Part shown: piece by piece, positions 28,298 to 37,896 of the stretch
Numbering within the stretch: position 1 is the stretch's first letter
How the letters are laid out: the number at the start of each line of letters is the position of its first letter
From: a virus
Lineage: Duplodnaviria; Caudoviricetes
DNA length: 59,940 nucleotides
Virus record (IMG/VR): IMGVR_UViG_3300021962_000114
Span: 1 to 59,940 of that record
Reading direction: 5' to 3' (one strand)
Made by a program: the position numbers and the translations under genes
The notes under the pieces: model-generated
The model's input: only the letters and a program-made list of their open reading frames with translations
The model's database searches: none
Told to the model about the DNA's origin: nothing

Positions 28298-29995
28298 CTA
28301 GCCTGCATTTTCTTTTCGCTCTTCTGGTTTGTAGTATACAATTCTGTTATGATTGATTGGACTAGCCAACAGAACTGCTGGTTTTAGGTTGCCTTTGCGT
28401 GTTTCTTGGAACATATAGCTCATCCAAGTTTGTTCGTATGGATATGCCCATGTAGTATCCAAAAACATCTTTTTGTTTCCTTGTTTACCCACAATCATAG
28501 GCCAGTTTGCATAATAAATATCACCCTTGATATAGCTCAATCCATCCACAACCTCAATCGTATCAAATTTGGTTCTTGGGCAGTTAGGGTCCAAACCCGA
28601 CACTGGCAATTTGGTATAATGTGGCCAAACTTCGGCTCGCACAGTTTTTGGTACATTATACCAAGAAACTTGTATGTTGTTATCCATATAAACTTCTGTA
28701 TACGAGAACTTCAAAAAGTCCACATTAACGTCGCCGCCAATGATTTTCAATACCTTGTCATACAGATCTGGAACGTATGTTCTGAATCCATTTCTACAAA
28801 AATTGTTGACGGGTTCGTGTATGCCCATATCATCTTCCAGAAACACGTAATAGTCGCTGTCAGATTCTTGGAAATGTTGTGCTACTTGGAATCTGCCACC
28901 GTTGATGCCCAAATTCTTGTTGTTAATAATATGTTCAAAATTGTACTTTTTGCAAAGCTCGGCATTGGCTAATCTAGCATCTTCGTTGGTGGAATTGTCA
29001 ATCAGAATATTTCTGGTATGAGTCAACCATTTAGGATGTTTCAGCCAAGTTTGAATTGTATGTTCGACTTGTTGAGGAAAATTGAAAGTCAACATATACA
29101 CGGATACTTTCAATTTGTTTGGGTCAACATATTTTCTTGGTATGTATACGTTGATGTCTTGTGGAATTGGCTCAAGCACAACCTTGTCGTCGAGCAGAGC
29201 TTGAGCAAACTTAACAATAAGCCCGTTTGAGTCCAGTGAATAGCGTCTGTATTTTTCTGGCTCCAAATAAGACATGATGGTGAATACACTTTCTTCGGTA
29301 CCCATATAACCATCACTGAGAGTTCGATCCAATAGTGAGTAGTATGTGGCATTGGCTTGGTTGATAGATTCTTTATTACCACCAAACAATCCACCCCTAC
29401 AAACATATTCTACTTTCTTGCCACTGTATTTGTTTATTGCAGCAAAGTCAAAACCATGAATTTCATTTGAAGCCTCATATGGATAGCTCAAAAACAAAAA
29501 ATCGCTAAGGTGCGGTAAGATTTTATCCAACGCACGATTTTCAGTAAAGTATTTTTCGTATACTGTATTTGTAATGCCAGCGTCCAACCATATGAAATGT
29601 TTGGTATTGAATGGATTCCAGATAGTAACATCATTCAACAAAAACATTTTTGATTGCACAATTGGATTATACCATTCTTGCGCTGCTTGAGGCGATGACG
29701 AAAGCCAGCCTGCTTTATTGATCCATGCTGGATCTGTTCGTATCTTTTGTGTTTTATCCCAAAAAGGGCTGTACATGCGTTTCACATCATCCAGTTCATA
29801 CACTTTGACGTATGTGTTTTTTGATGTGCGTTTTGCCCATACCAAATGCTCCAGTTCTTTTGGTAGATACAAAAACAAGTTTGCATCAATATCCAAAAGC
29901 TTGTTCAAGTTTTCAATATAGTGATCAAATGACCTACCAACTCTGTTGATATTCCACAAACCAGTGACCACCGTCAAATCAGACATGTTACTCAT
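28298..29995 (-). CDS. HtrL/YibB (WlaTC)-like glycosyltransferase fused to a GT2-like domain
   Basis: TVVTGLWNI, YNPIVQSKMFLL, NPFNTKHFIWLDAG, GGLFGG, TEE; second domain IDNST...NLGINGGR...YVFLEDD. Confidence 0.75.
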   Translation of the reverse strand: MSNMSDLTVVTGLWNINRVGRSFDHYIENLNKLLDIDANLFLYLPKELEHLVWAKRTSKNTYVKVYELDDVKRMYSPFWDKTQKIRTDPAWINKAGWLSSSPQAAQEWYNPIVQSKMFLLNDVTIWNPFNTKHFIWLDAGITNTVYEKYFTENRALDKILPHLSDFLFLSYPYEASNEIHGFDFAAINKYSGKKVEYVCRGGLFGGNKESINQANATYYSLLDRTLSDGYMGTEESVFTIMSYLEPEKYRRYSLDSNGLIVKFAQALLDDKVVLEPIPQDINVYIPRKYVDPNKLKVSVYMLTFNFPQQVEHTIQTWLKHPKWLTHTRNILIDNSTNEDARLANAELCKKYNFEHIINNKNLGINGGRFQVAQHFQESDSDYYVFLEDDMGIHEPVNNFCRNGFRTYVPDLYDKVLKIIGGDVNVDFLKFSYTEVYMDNNIQVSWYNVPKTVRAEVWPHYTKLPVSGLDPNCPRTKFDTIEVVDGLSYIKGDIYYANWPMIVGKQGNKKMFLDTTWAYPYEQTWMSYMFQETRKGNLKPAVLLASPINHNRIVYYKPEERKENAG

Positions 29996-29999
29996 AATC

Positions 30000-30824
30000 T
30001 TATTTCAAATAACCCAATTGGTAAAACTTCATGTGACCATCATCGACTCTTTCTTGACGATACAAGTTACATCCTTCATTGCTATCATGTCGTGTGTGTG
30101 CCAGCACCGGAAATGTGGTTACTCCTCCAAATGTTTGCCAATCCTCCAATGAGTGTAGCTGTTTTTCAAATTCATACACCGCTACCATTTTTTTGATTTG
30201 GTTTTTTGTCAAATATGCCGATACCGTTATATCGTCGTTCCAACTTCCAAGATTGATAAACTCAAAAAAATCTTCGCCAAAATAACTGCGTTTGTAAGAA
30301 ACAGTTTTGTAGTGTTGCAGAACGTTTACAAATATGTTGTGTGTGACTGACACTACATAATGGTCCCTTTTATCGCCTCGCAATCTTGCAACGTCTTCTG
30401 GTGTTTCACGCTCGGCACGTAGTCCATCATAACCAATTGCTGTATTTGTGTGCAAGCCTTGATTTTTGACATGTTCCTGCAACATCTTAGGATGATACAC
30501 CAAGTCATCGTCGCAAACTACAATAATAGAGCTTGGGTCAGATTCTCTTTGCAATGTGTAAAATAGCTTGGTCAATGTTCCCTTGTCCTCCAAACCCTCA
30601 AACAATTTCAGCTTTGGATTAGTGATCGACAGAGTTCGAAGCCAATCTGGAACAACATACAATTCTTGTGTTTTATGATTGCGAGTCGGTATATTGAAAT
30701 GTACTTCATAGTCTCCAACATAATCTTGATTTACAAGAGATTCAATGCATCGTCGAATATCGTGATTGTGCGATTCCGAATTCAGACGAGATGGCACAGT
30801 GGTGAGTGTTATTATAACTTTCAT
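30000..30824 (-). CDS. GT-A fold glycosyltransferase
   Basis: VIITLTTVPSRL, DKGTLTKL, IVVCDDDLVYH (DxD), NDDITVS. Confidence 0.75.
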   Translation of the reverse strand: MKVIITLTTVPSRLNSESHNHDIRRCIESLVNQDYVGDYEVHFNIPTRNHKTQELYVVPDWLRTLSITNPKLKLFEGLEDKGTLTKLFYTLQRESDPSSIIVVCDDDLVYHPKMLQEHVKNQGLHTNTAIGYDGLRAERETPEDVARLRGDKRDHYVVSVTHNIFVNVLQHYKTVSYKRSYFGEDFFEFINLGSWNDDITVSAYLTKNQIKKMVAVYEFEKQLHSLEDWQTFGGVTTFPVLAHTRHDSNEGCNLYRQERVDDGHMKFYQLGYLK

Positions 30825-30829
30825 AATGA

Positions 30830-31855
30830 TTAGCTACCAAGATAAGTATAAACGTGTGTGTCTGTTATGTCCTCAACTGGCAAATGTTGAGCATAGTAAT
30901 TTCTAAGCTGTTGCTTGTTGTTTTGTATAAATTTTGATATTGATGTCACATCGCTATAGTCAAATGAAAAATGCGCCCAAACTTCTCTATACCCGCAGCT
31001 ATAGAAAGTGTCTTCGGGTCTGGTTTTGTGTATCATAGCCAAACCATAATTTTTCAAGTACGTAAAATCTTGAGCAGCTTTATATTGATAGTTCAAATTG
31101 ATAGACAGCAGATCGTATGTTGCTGGGTATACCCATGTAAAGTTATGATAGTATGTACTACCAAACAAACTCGTTTCATTTTTTATGAATGCTTGAATGA
31201 TCATAGTATTCATCAAATTATACGCCAGCATCAAATCGTCAGAACTACGAAAATGACCGCCATAAATAAAACCGTCATCGTTTCTAAACTGCAACTTAGA
31301 AGAATCAAAATCGAGCGTAGGAAACAATGGCATAACTGCGTTGTTCAAAAAGTTTGAAACCAACCCTGCCAATTCCGAAGATTTTTCAAATTTTCCTTGT
31401 TCCCACCCATAAACAGTCCCAGAAGGAATGTTATCAAAAAAATCAGCGATACAATTGTGGTTATTTCTGATAACCATATCTGTATCACAAACAACAAAAT
31501 TCAAAATGTTTCGATTCGCAAAATGTTTGAATACATACCTTTGCAAGAAAAATGGATATTGACGTTCGACAATATTGTAAAACTTTCTATGCCTCAGAAA
31601 GTATTCTTGATCAGTCGGCACTTCCAGACATACTTCGTTGTTTAGACTCACAACATCGTCTTTTCTCAGATCATCAATCGCAACAAACTCAAAATGATCA
31701 TGATAATCTTTGTAAAGGTCGTAGTAATATTGAGTGGTAAATATTACAATATACGCTTTGGTTATAGATGGACACGACTTTAGCAATAAATCGAAACGAT
31801 ATCGCATATGCGTACCAAAACAAAACATCGCTATTTTAGGAGCACCAACACTCAT
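30830..31855 (-). CDS. Putative divergent GT-A glycosyltransferase
   Basis: 341 aa, aromatic-rich, YPFFLQRY and VVCDTD (DxD); inside the glycosylation cassette. Confidence 0.5.
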   Translation of the reverse strand: MSVGAPKIAMFCFGTHMRYRFDLLLKSCPSITKAYIVIFTTQYYYDLYKDYHDHFEFVAIDDLRKDDVVSLNNEVCLEVPTDQEYFLRHRKFYNIVERQYPFFLQRYVFKHFANRNILNFVVCDTDMVIRNNHNCIADFFDNIPSGTVYGWEQGKFEKSSELAGLVSNFLNNAVMPLFPTLDFDSSKLQFRNDDGFIYGGHFRSSDDLMLAYNLMNTMIIQAFIKNETSLFGSTYYHNFTWVYPATYDLLSINLNYQYKAAQDFTYLKNYGLAMIHKTRPEDTFYSCGYREVWAHFSFDYSDVTSISKFIQNNKQQLRNYYAQHLPVEDITDTHVYTYLGS

Positions 31856-32550
31856 ACTGAATTAATAAATACTGACTGCCTACCATTCATGATTTTTACA
31901 TAACCATTTTGCAAAAGGTATGGTGCCAATATTTTGTCTTTACCACCCACTGATTCAACAAAGTCTGTGTCGTCAATAGATATCAGATGTACAGGCGCAA
32001 GTTTATCCTTTGCAGCCAGATACGCTTCTAGATGCTTCTCGGCATATAACGAAGTACCAACATCCCACCCATCCAAGTACAAAAAGTCAATTTGCTTATT
32101 GAAACTCTTGAGAAACTCAATTCCACATTGTGGTATATGGATGTGCAAATTACTTGGTATTTCTTGTTTAATGTGATATTTGTATTGATTCTCAAGTTGT
32201 GTTTTACAGTGAGTATCAATATCTACGGTGTATACCTCAAATCCTTCTTTAGCCCAAAAATATGTTGAGTGACCATCTTGACAACAAGGTGGTGCCTCAC
32301 ATTCTTTCATGACATTTGAGTGATCATAATAGTTAATACAGCCTTGTGTTGTTTCGTGGCGAGTAGACCCAATTTCAACAATCACTTTGGCGTCTAGTGT
32401 TTTCAACAACTCAATAGTCTTTTTGATCCATTTTGCGGGATAGCTTCTCAAGCTATTTTCAAAAGGCTCCAAGCGTATGCGATCCCAGTAAATAACGTCT
32501 GGATTAAAGCTTTTTGCGGACTCAATTACTTGTAAATATTTATCGTTCAT
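31852..32550 (-). CDS. Class I SAM-dependent methyltransferase (Methyltransf_24-like)
   Basis: IVEIGS, VYTVDID, IDFLYLDG, ISIDDT; ATGA overlaps with both neighbours; start revised to 32550. Confidence 0.8.
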   Translation of the reverse strand: MNDKYLQVIESAKSFNPDVIYWDRIRLEPFENSLRSYPAKWIKKTIELLKTLDAKVIVEIGSTRHETTQGCINYYDHSNVMKECEAPPCCQDGHSTYFWAKEGFEVYTVDIDTHCKTQLENQYKYHIKQEIPSNLHIHIPQCGIEFLKSFNKQIDFLYLDGWDVGTSLYAEKHLEAYLAAKDKLAPVHLISIDDTDFVESVGGKDKILAPYLLQNGYVKIMNGRQSVFINSV

Positions 32551-35162
32551 AGTTTGATTTCCACTCGCTCTGCCCATCCTCGGGTTGGACTAACTGCCCA
32601 ATACACAACTCGTACAGGCCAAACATCTGTAAGGAAATACTCCTCATAGTGAATGTTGCCCTTGTTTTGCAAAAAGTCAGATAGTTGTTTTCCGACAATA
32701 TGTGTGCTAAATACAGCTTGACCTTGAGCGTCATCAAACGCAACCAAGATGCTGTTGTAATCATCACCTGGTAATTGCTGACGAGTGATGTTTACAAGAT
32801 GGTAGAATGACTTTTTGAGCGAAGCTTTCCACTCTTGCTCCGACATTGGTGGATTTGGTGGTACACCATTGTTCATTGTATAGGGTTGCACTGACTTTTC
32901 TTTGAAACAAATACCAGCATACAACTCATAGTCATGCAACGACCTCTCCGTACCTAGATCATATCCAGTTAAATCATAGCCGTTATATTCGGTCTGAAGT
33001 AGTTGACGAATTTTGGCTCTGGACTTTGATTGTAGATCATTCCAATTTTCTCCACGTTTGGATTGGTCGTCCCAAACAAGAATACCATCTCGTTCTTTTC
33101 TTGCCATGGAATGCCAGATGATCACTTTGTTTGGGTGATAGATGTCGTAGCCGTGAGTGAATGATCGAACCGTAAGATTGATTTCCTCGCCACTGAAAAA
33201 GATATCCGAATCATGTTTGATAGTTTTTGCCCAGTGATTGTCACCAAAGCAGAAGTGTCCAGACAAAAATCGGCCTGGAACGGGTTTCGACAAATCCGCT
33301 GAACTGTTGAACCCACCTGGTCTGATGAAAATGGTACCATGTGGATAAAAACACGACATGATCGACTGCCAAGGTTCTTTGGTTCTTGATTTTGGATCGT
33401 CGGCGGGATCATAAAATGGTAGATATCCAGCCAGCAATGGCTTTTTAACTCCACTTGCTTTTAATCCATCATGCATTTCAATCAGTGTAGCATCCCACTT
33501 TTCTGCAAATCTGTGATGACTATCTAGCTGCAAAATATACTCTTCATTCAACAACATGGTATTGATTTGATATCTTGCAAATGGAAGACCTTTGGCAGCA
33601 GTATAATCCATTTCAATAATTCTGAACCTAGGATCATTACGATACTTGTCCAGATCTTTTGCAAATTTATCGGCTTTATTGAATTGATGACATACACCAA
33701 ATATCAATCTTTCTGGATGTGCTGCATTTTTCAAAGCACTTTCAATTGTAGGCAACAACTCTGGATCTCGGTATGCTGGCAAATGCACAAAGATTTTCCG
33801 TTTGTTTGGATCAGTATTGATCACTACTTTTTCGTCACGTTGCTTTTTGTATTTTTTGCTGTGTTTCCACAAACTTTCTGGGTCTGGTGAGCGAGGAACT
33901 GGTTTGGTTGGTGCAGGTATATAACGCTCAATTTTTTCCATCCAACCTTTAGATTTGCTGTGAGGCCAAAACACATAGGTATGCGGAACTTCTTTAGTAT
34001 GAAACGCTCTCCAGATTCTATGCCATTTGTCAGCAGGCTTCGAATTCTTGTAAGTGTTTACTTCTTTTTCGTCGGCATCACACCGTACAATCTCTACACC
34101 CTCTCGGTTTTTGAATGCAATGATCCAAGCATCATAGTCATTTTCTGGCACACTATCGTCGTGCATATCAATACAAAACTTGAAAATATGTAGCCAAGAT
34201 TTGTCATACTCAACTGGATCTGTGATTCCTGGATTTGGAGCAATCTTTTGATCCAATGTATATTGCTGAACTGCTCGGTCGCTAAACCTCACGCCAGCAA
34301 ACTTTTCATAGTCTTGTAGAGTTCTGACTTTGCCAAAATCATATACTCCAAAGTCGATGTTTTTGGTTTCTCCATCCATACCAAACAACTTGCGAGTGCG
34401 CAGATGTGATGACGCATTTCTGGTTGCCCAAATTTTGTCGTCGTCCCATTGCTTGACAGAACCATTTCGATGATAATAATGCCAAGCTATTACTTTGTGT
34501 GGGTGAAACAAATCATATCCGTGTGTGTACGCACGAACTGCCATGTTTATTTCTTCGCCGTGAAAGTAAAGATTTGGATCATACAAAACCTCTTTCACAA
34601 ACGAACCTTCTGCAAATGCAAAATGACCACTGAAAAATCTTGCTGGCACTGGCAAGTCCAAGTTTTGATACCCAGGTATAGTTGAGGGCACTGGAAATAT
34701 TGGTCCCTCTGGCAGGTAACGATCAAAGCAAATCATCCAAGGCTCGGTTACTCTGGCTTTTGGATCGTTTTGGGGTTCGTAAGAAGACAGATATGCCGTC
34801 AACACTGGCTTTTTATAGCCAACTGCCTTCAAGTCCTTCAACATTGTGATGGCTTGTTCATCCCAGTCTTGGTCAAATCTATGATGACTGTCCAATTGCA
34901 AACAATACTCTTCGCCAGAATACAACAGATTTAACTGATGCCGCACCCAGCATACACCTTGGCTTTGCTGGTATGGAATGTCTATGATTTTGAATCGTGG
35001 ATCTGTGTCGTAACCACCCAGAGTTTCTTTTTCATCGTGTTGCCAAGCAATAGCAAACACCAAATTTTCTGGATGCTTTGCTTTGGCTATACAATCATTG
35101 ATTGTCGGAATCAATTCTGAGTCTCTATAGCTCGCAATTTGAACAAATATTTTGGCATTCAT
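32547..35162 (-). CDS. Tandem-domain GT60/Gnt1-like polypeptide N-acetylglucosaminyltransferase
   Basis: Two copies of IFVxxxxYRDxEL...LQLDSHHRF..WD...F[FL]SGHF.F...F.GEEI...R..THGYD..HP...WH. Confidence 0.85.
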   Translation of the reverse strand: MNAKIFVQIASYRDSELIPTINDCIAKAKHPENLVFAIAWQHDEKETLGGYDTDPRFKIIDIPYQQSQGVCWVRHQLNLLYSGEEYCLQLDSHHRFDQDWDEQAITMLKDLKAVGYKKPVLTAYLSSYEPQNDPKARVTEPWMICFDRYLPEGPIFPVPSTIPGYQNLDLPVPARFFSGHFAFAEGSFVKEVLYDPNLYFHGEEINMAVRAYTHGYDLFHPHKVIAWHYYHRNGSVKQWDDDKIWATRNASSHLRTRKLFGMDGETKNIDFGVYDFGKVRTLQDYEKFAGVRFSDRAVQQYTLDQKIAPNPGITDPVEYDKSWLHIFKFCIDMHDDSVPENDYDAWIIAFKNREGVEIVRCDADEKEVNTYKNSKPADKWHRIWRAFHTKEVPHTYVFWPHSKSKGWMEKIERYIPAPTKPVPRSPDPESLWKHSKKYKKQRDEKVVINTDPNKRKIFVHLPAYRDPELLPTIESALKNAAHPERLIFGVCHQFNKADKFAKDLDKYRNDPRFRIIEMDYTAAKGLPFARYQINTMLLNEEYILQLDSHHRFAEKWDATLIEMHDGLKASGVKKPLLAGYLPFYDPADDPKSRTKEPWQSIMSCFYPHGTIFIRPGGFNSSADLSKPVPGRFLSGHFCFGDNHWAKTIKHDSDIFFSGEEINLTVRSFTHGYDIYHPNKVIIWHSMARKERDGILVWDDQSKRGENWNDLQSKSRAKIRQLLQTEYNGYDLTGYDLGTERSLHDYELYAGICFKEKSVQPYTMNNGVPPNPPMSEQEWKASLKKSFYHLVNITRQQLPGDDYNSILVAFDDAQGQAVFSTHIVGKQLSDFLQNKGNIHYEEYFLTDVWPVRVVYWAVSPTRGWAERVEIKL

Positions 35163-35217
35163 AACAGGTATACGGACACAAATAACTAGTTATCAAAACG
35201 CTCATACGCATATTCTA

Positions 35218-36054
35218 TTAGTAGTTTGTAAACGCCGACATATTATAAACAGTAAGTCCAGACGAGACACCTGCCAAATCACTCATTGCAACGTCTATTT
35301 CGGGTATGTACTTGTATATCGCAGAACACGTACCGATCTGATTTCCAGCAACTCTAAGTTCACCAGACGATGCGTAAAGCCCACCCATAAAAATCAACTC
35401 ACTAGTCACTCCATCATTTACAGGAACAAATACGGCATTACCTGAATCTCCGACGATTAATTGCTCTGAATTATTGAACCTTGCAGTATTGTATGAAAAT
35501 TGAAAATTAATCAAATTTCTAAGTGAGCAATCTACTTCTTGTCTTGTTAGTTTATTCAAATCACCACACAAAAACTTTTTCTGCTGATTCATATAAAACA
35601 TTGGCAAAACAGGGGATACCCACGGTCTACAAGGAAGATCCTCGGGGTTCACAGTTATGTTTTGCAAATAATTTTCAAATGATGGTGGAAATACTTTATA
35701 ATAGGCAAGCGACGAATCAACTGGTGTTGTAAAATATCCTACACTAATATCCGTATATCCAAAATCCGTACTAAGAGATGGTCCTATAGATTGTACAGAT
35801 TCTACCGAATACATAAACGTTGTGTTGTCATTGTTCACGTAGTAAATATTGTGACCTGGTGCTATACCAGTATGTGTGGCAAATATAAAATGTCGATCAC
35901 TGACAAGTGTTGCGCCAAAATAATTACCTGTACCATAAATCCACAAAGCTATACCTGTAGTGTCATACCCAACATCTGCCCTAACAATACAGTTGGTATT
36001 TCTGGCCCAGGTGTCAACGCCAGTTACGACGGCCATTACGTTTGTGTCGCTCAT
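35218..36054 (-). CDS. Trypsin-like (S1) serine protease
   Basis: GATLVSDRHFIFATH (His), TDISVG (Asp), GDSGNAVF (Ser). Confidence 0.75.
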   Translation of the reverse strand: MSDTNVMAVVTGVDTWARNTNCIVRADVGYDTTGIALWIYGTGNYFGATLVSDRHFIFATHTGIAPGHNIYYVNNDNTTFMYSVESVQSIGPSLSTDFGYTDISVGYFTTPVDSSLAYYKVFPPSFENYLQNITVNPEDLPCRPWVSPVLPMFYMNQQKKFLCGDLNKLTRQEVDCSLRNLINFQFSYNTARFNNSEQLIVGDSGNAVFVPVNDGVTSELIFMGGLYASSGELRVAGNQIGTCSAIYKYIPEIDVAMSDLAGVSSGLTVYNMSAFTNY

Positions 36055-37799
36055 AGATTAGAAATTAATGTATCAACTGTTCCTCCCACTGTCGAAGACA
36101 AATCACCGCCGCAAGGCGCACATGGGCTAACCTCACCAGATGACATCCACACACGATAAGGATCTGTCAGTGTACCAGAGCCACAAACCGGACTATAATC
36201 TCCGGTTGGATAAATTTGTGCCAAAAGGTTGCCAAACGATAGATTGTATGTGTGTGCTACATTTGGAGTACAACATCCGTCCACCGGTTCAGTCTGAAGA
36301 TGAGTTGCTGTAACCGTATATGTATTTGAATCGGTTGGTGAAAAACTATCCGTAAAATATCCGGAGGCAATTTTATTACCAGCACATCTCAATTTTTTTG
36401 CAGTAATTTCATCTCCAGTTGGAGACGTAAAACTTGTGTTGTTACATGCTGTATATACAAATACTCCACTTGTATTGCTGTCACCAGCACACGATGCGTT
36501 CACAGTCACAGTGCTATTACATTTCTGCGCCGGAGTCGGAACCGTTGTATAACAATCACATCCACCTGGTTTAGGATCTGGACATGCTGTTTTATTTGGT
36601 GGACTGCTTGGAGCAGGATATACAACAAAGTATACCACACCTGGTATAGGAGGACTGCTACTTGGAGTAGGCGTTGGGCTAGGGTCTGGTATTGGAGAAT
36701 TGCTTGGTGATGGTGCTGGAGAATTGCTTGGCGATGCCGCAGGCGAATTACTTGGTGATGGGGCGGGAGAATTACTTGGAGTTGCAAGAGGTGTTTGTGT
36801 CACGCTTGGAGTCACGGTCTCGCTCGGAGTCACACTAGGAGTAGCTGACACAGATGCATCAGGAGTACTGCTTGGAGTAGCACTAACGCTAGGGGTCGCA
36901 GTGGTACTAGGCGTTTTAGTAATACTTGGAGTTACTGTTGGTGTAGGCGACACTGAAGATGCTGGCGTACTACTTACACTAGGTGTTGGCGTTGGTGTGA
37001 TAGTCCTAGTAGGAGTCAGCGTAACGCTAGGAGTAATTGTGACACTAGGAGTAGGCGTCGGAGTTGGTGTAGGCGTTGGTGCCGGAGGAATATCACAACA
37101 AGGAGCTTCATAGGTTGGGTTTGAAAGATACGCACCCAAACCACAAATATTTACTGGATAAGTCAAATCATCCGAGTTTGCAACCAAAGGATATTTATTG
37201 ACAAAATAAGATCCAGACAGTTTCAAATTGTAGTTTCCATCATCAACGATGTCAGCAACCACATCACCGCTTTGATTGCTAATTACCACGGTGTTGGGTC
37301 TAATTTTATCACCTGTTTGGCTGATGCTCAATTGCAACAATGAAAACTCATTGGTCAAATGCAAAGATGCTTTGCTGGTATCATACTCATCAAAACCAAA
37401 AATGTTGTAGGCATTATTGTAGTTATTGTAGTACATGTTGAAGACAGTATTGTAAACCTGTCTTTGATATGTACCGTCCAAATTCATTGGATTGGATTCT
37501 TGACTCCAACCCGCACTTCCGCTTGGATAAAAAACTGAACTAGATGGAACGTATTTTCCAATTTCAAAATCAATCACATTTTCAAACTGCGATATTGCCA
37601 AGTAACCGCTAACATCCTCTGATGGAGAACAGCTACCAGATACATTGTCGTTGCACTGTGTAGTGTCTGCCGTCAATGGAAAAATGTCGTCACCGTCATT
37701 AGCAGCGATCAGATCATTCAATACACTGTTGACCGTTTGTGGCTTTGCAATCGTAAACGGCGTTATAATGATGTCTTGATTTTTGAAAAATTTGATCAT
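36051..37799 (-). CDS. Virion structural protein with mucin-like TPS/SPS stalk and Cys-rich C-terminal domain
   Basis: N-terminal GDKIRPNTV...DDGNYNL segment; long PTPS/SPSNSPA repeats; start revised to 37799 (MIKFFKNQ), 5 nt after TATTTATA. Confidence 0.75.
   Translation of the reverse strand: MIKFFKNQDIIITPFTIAKPQTVNSVLNDLIAANDGDDIFPLTADTTQCNDNVSGSCSPSEDVSGYLAISQFENVIDFEIGKYVPSSSVFYPSGSAGWSQESNPMNLDGTYQRQVYNTVFNMYYNNYNNAYNIFGFDEYDTSKASLHLTNEFSLLQLSISQTGDKIRPNTVVISNQSGDVVADIVDDGNYNLKLSGSYFVNKYPLVANSDDLTYPVNICGLGAYLSNPTYEAPCCDIPPAPTPTPTPTPTPSVTITPSVTLTPTRTITPTPTPSVSSTPASSVSPTPTVTPSITKTPSTTATPSVSATPSSTPDASVSATPSVTPSETVTPSVTQTPLATPSNSPAPSPSNSPAASPSNSPAPSPSNSPIPDPSPTPTPSSSPPIPGVVYFVVYPAPSSPPNKTACPDPKPGGCDCYTTVPTPAQKCNSTVTVNASCAGDSNTSGVFVYTACNNTSFTSPTGDEITAKKLRCAGNKIASGYFTDSFSPTDSNTYTVTATHLQTEPVDGCCTPNVAHTYNLSFGNLLAQIYPTGDYSPVCGSGTLTDPYRVWMSSGEVSPCAPCGGDLSSTVGGTVDTLISNL
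36655..37090 (-). repeat. Coding Thr/Ser-Pro repeat tract
   Basis: TPTPS, TPSVS and PSNSPA units. Confidence 0.85.
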
Positions 37800-37838
37800 C
37801 CTAGTATAAATAGGGATATTTGTGGAATCCAATAAACT

Positions 37839-37874
37839 AAAATGTTGCCTATGTCATAAACACAGGCAACATTT
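37839..37874 (-). terminator. Probable intrinsic terminator
   Basis: Minus strand AAATGTTGCCTGTGT-TTATG-ACATAGGCAACATTTT (one G-U pair) followed by a T-rich tail. Confidence 0.65.
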
Positions 37875-37896
37875 CAACACCATCATAAGGTTCTTA

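Noticed and set aside
28298-35162. Glycosyltransferase cassette as a DNA hypermodification system
   Set aside because: Not excluded, but disfavoured: GT60 acts on proteins, the context is structural, and no base-modifying enzymes (hydroxymethylase, TET/JBP, kinase) are visible nearby
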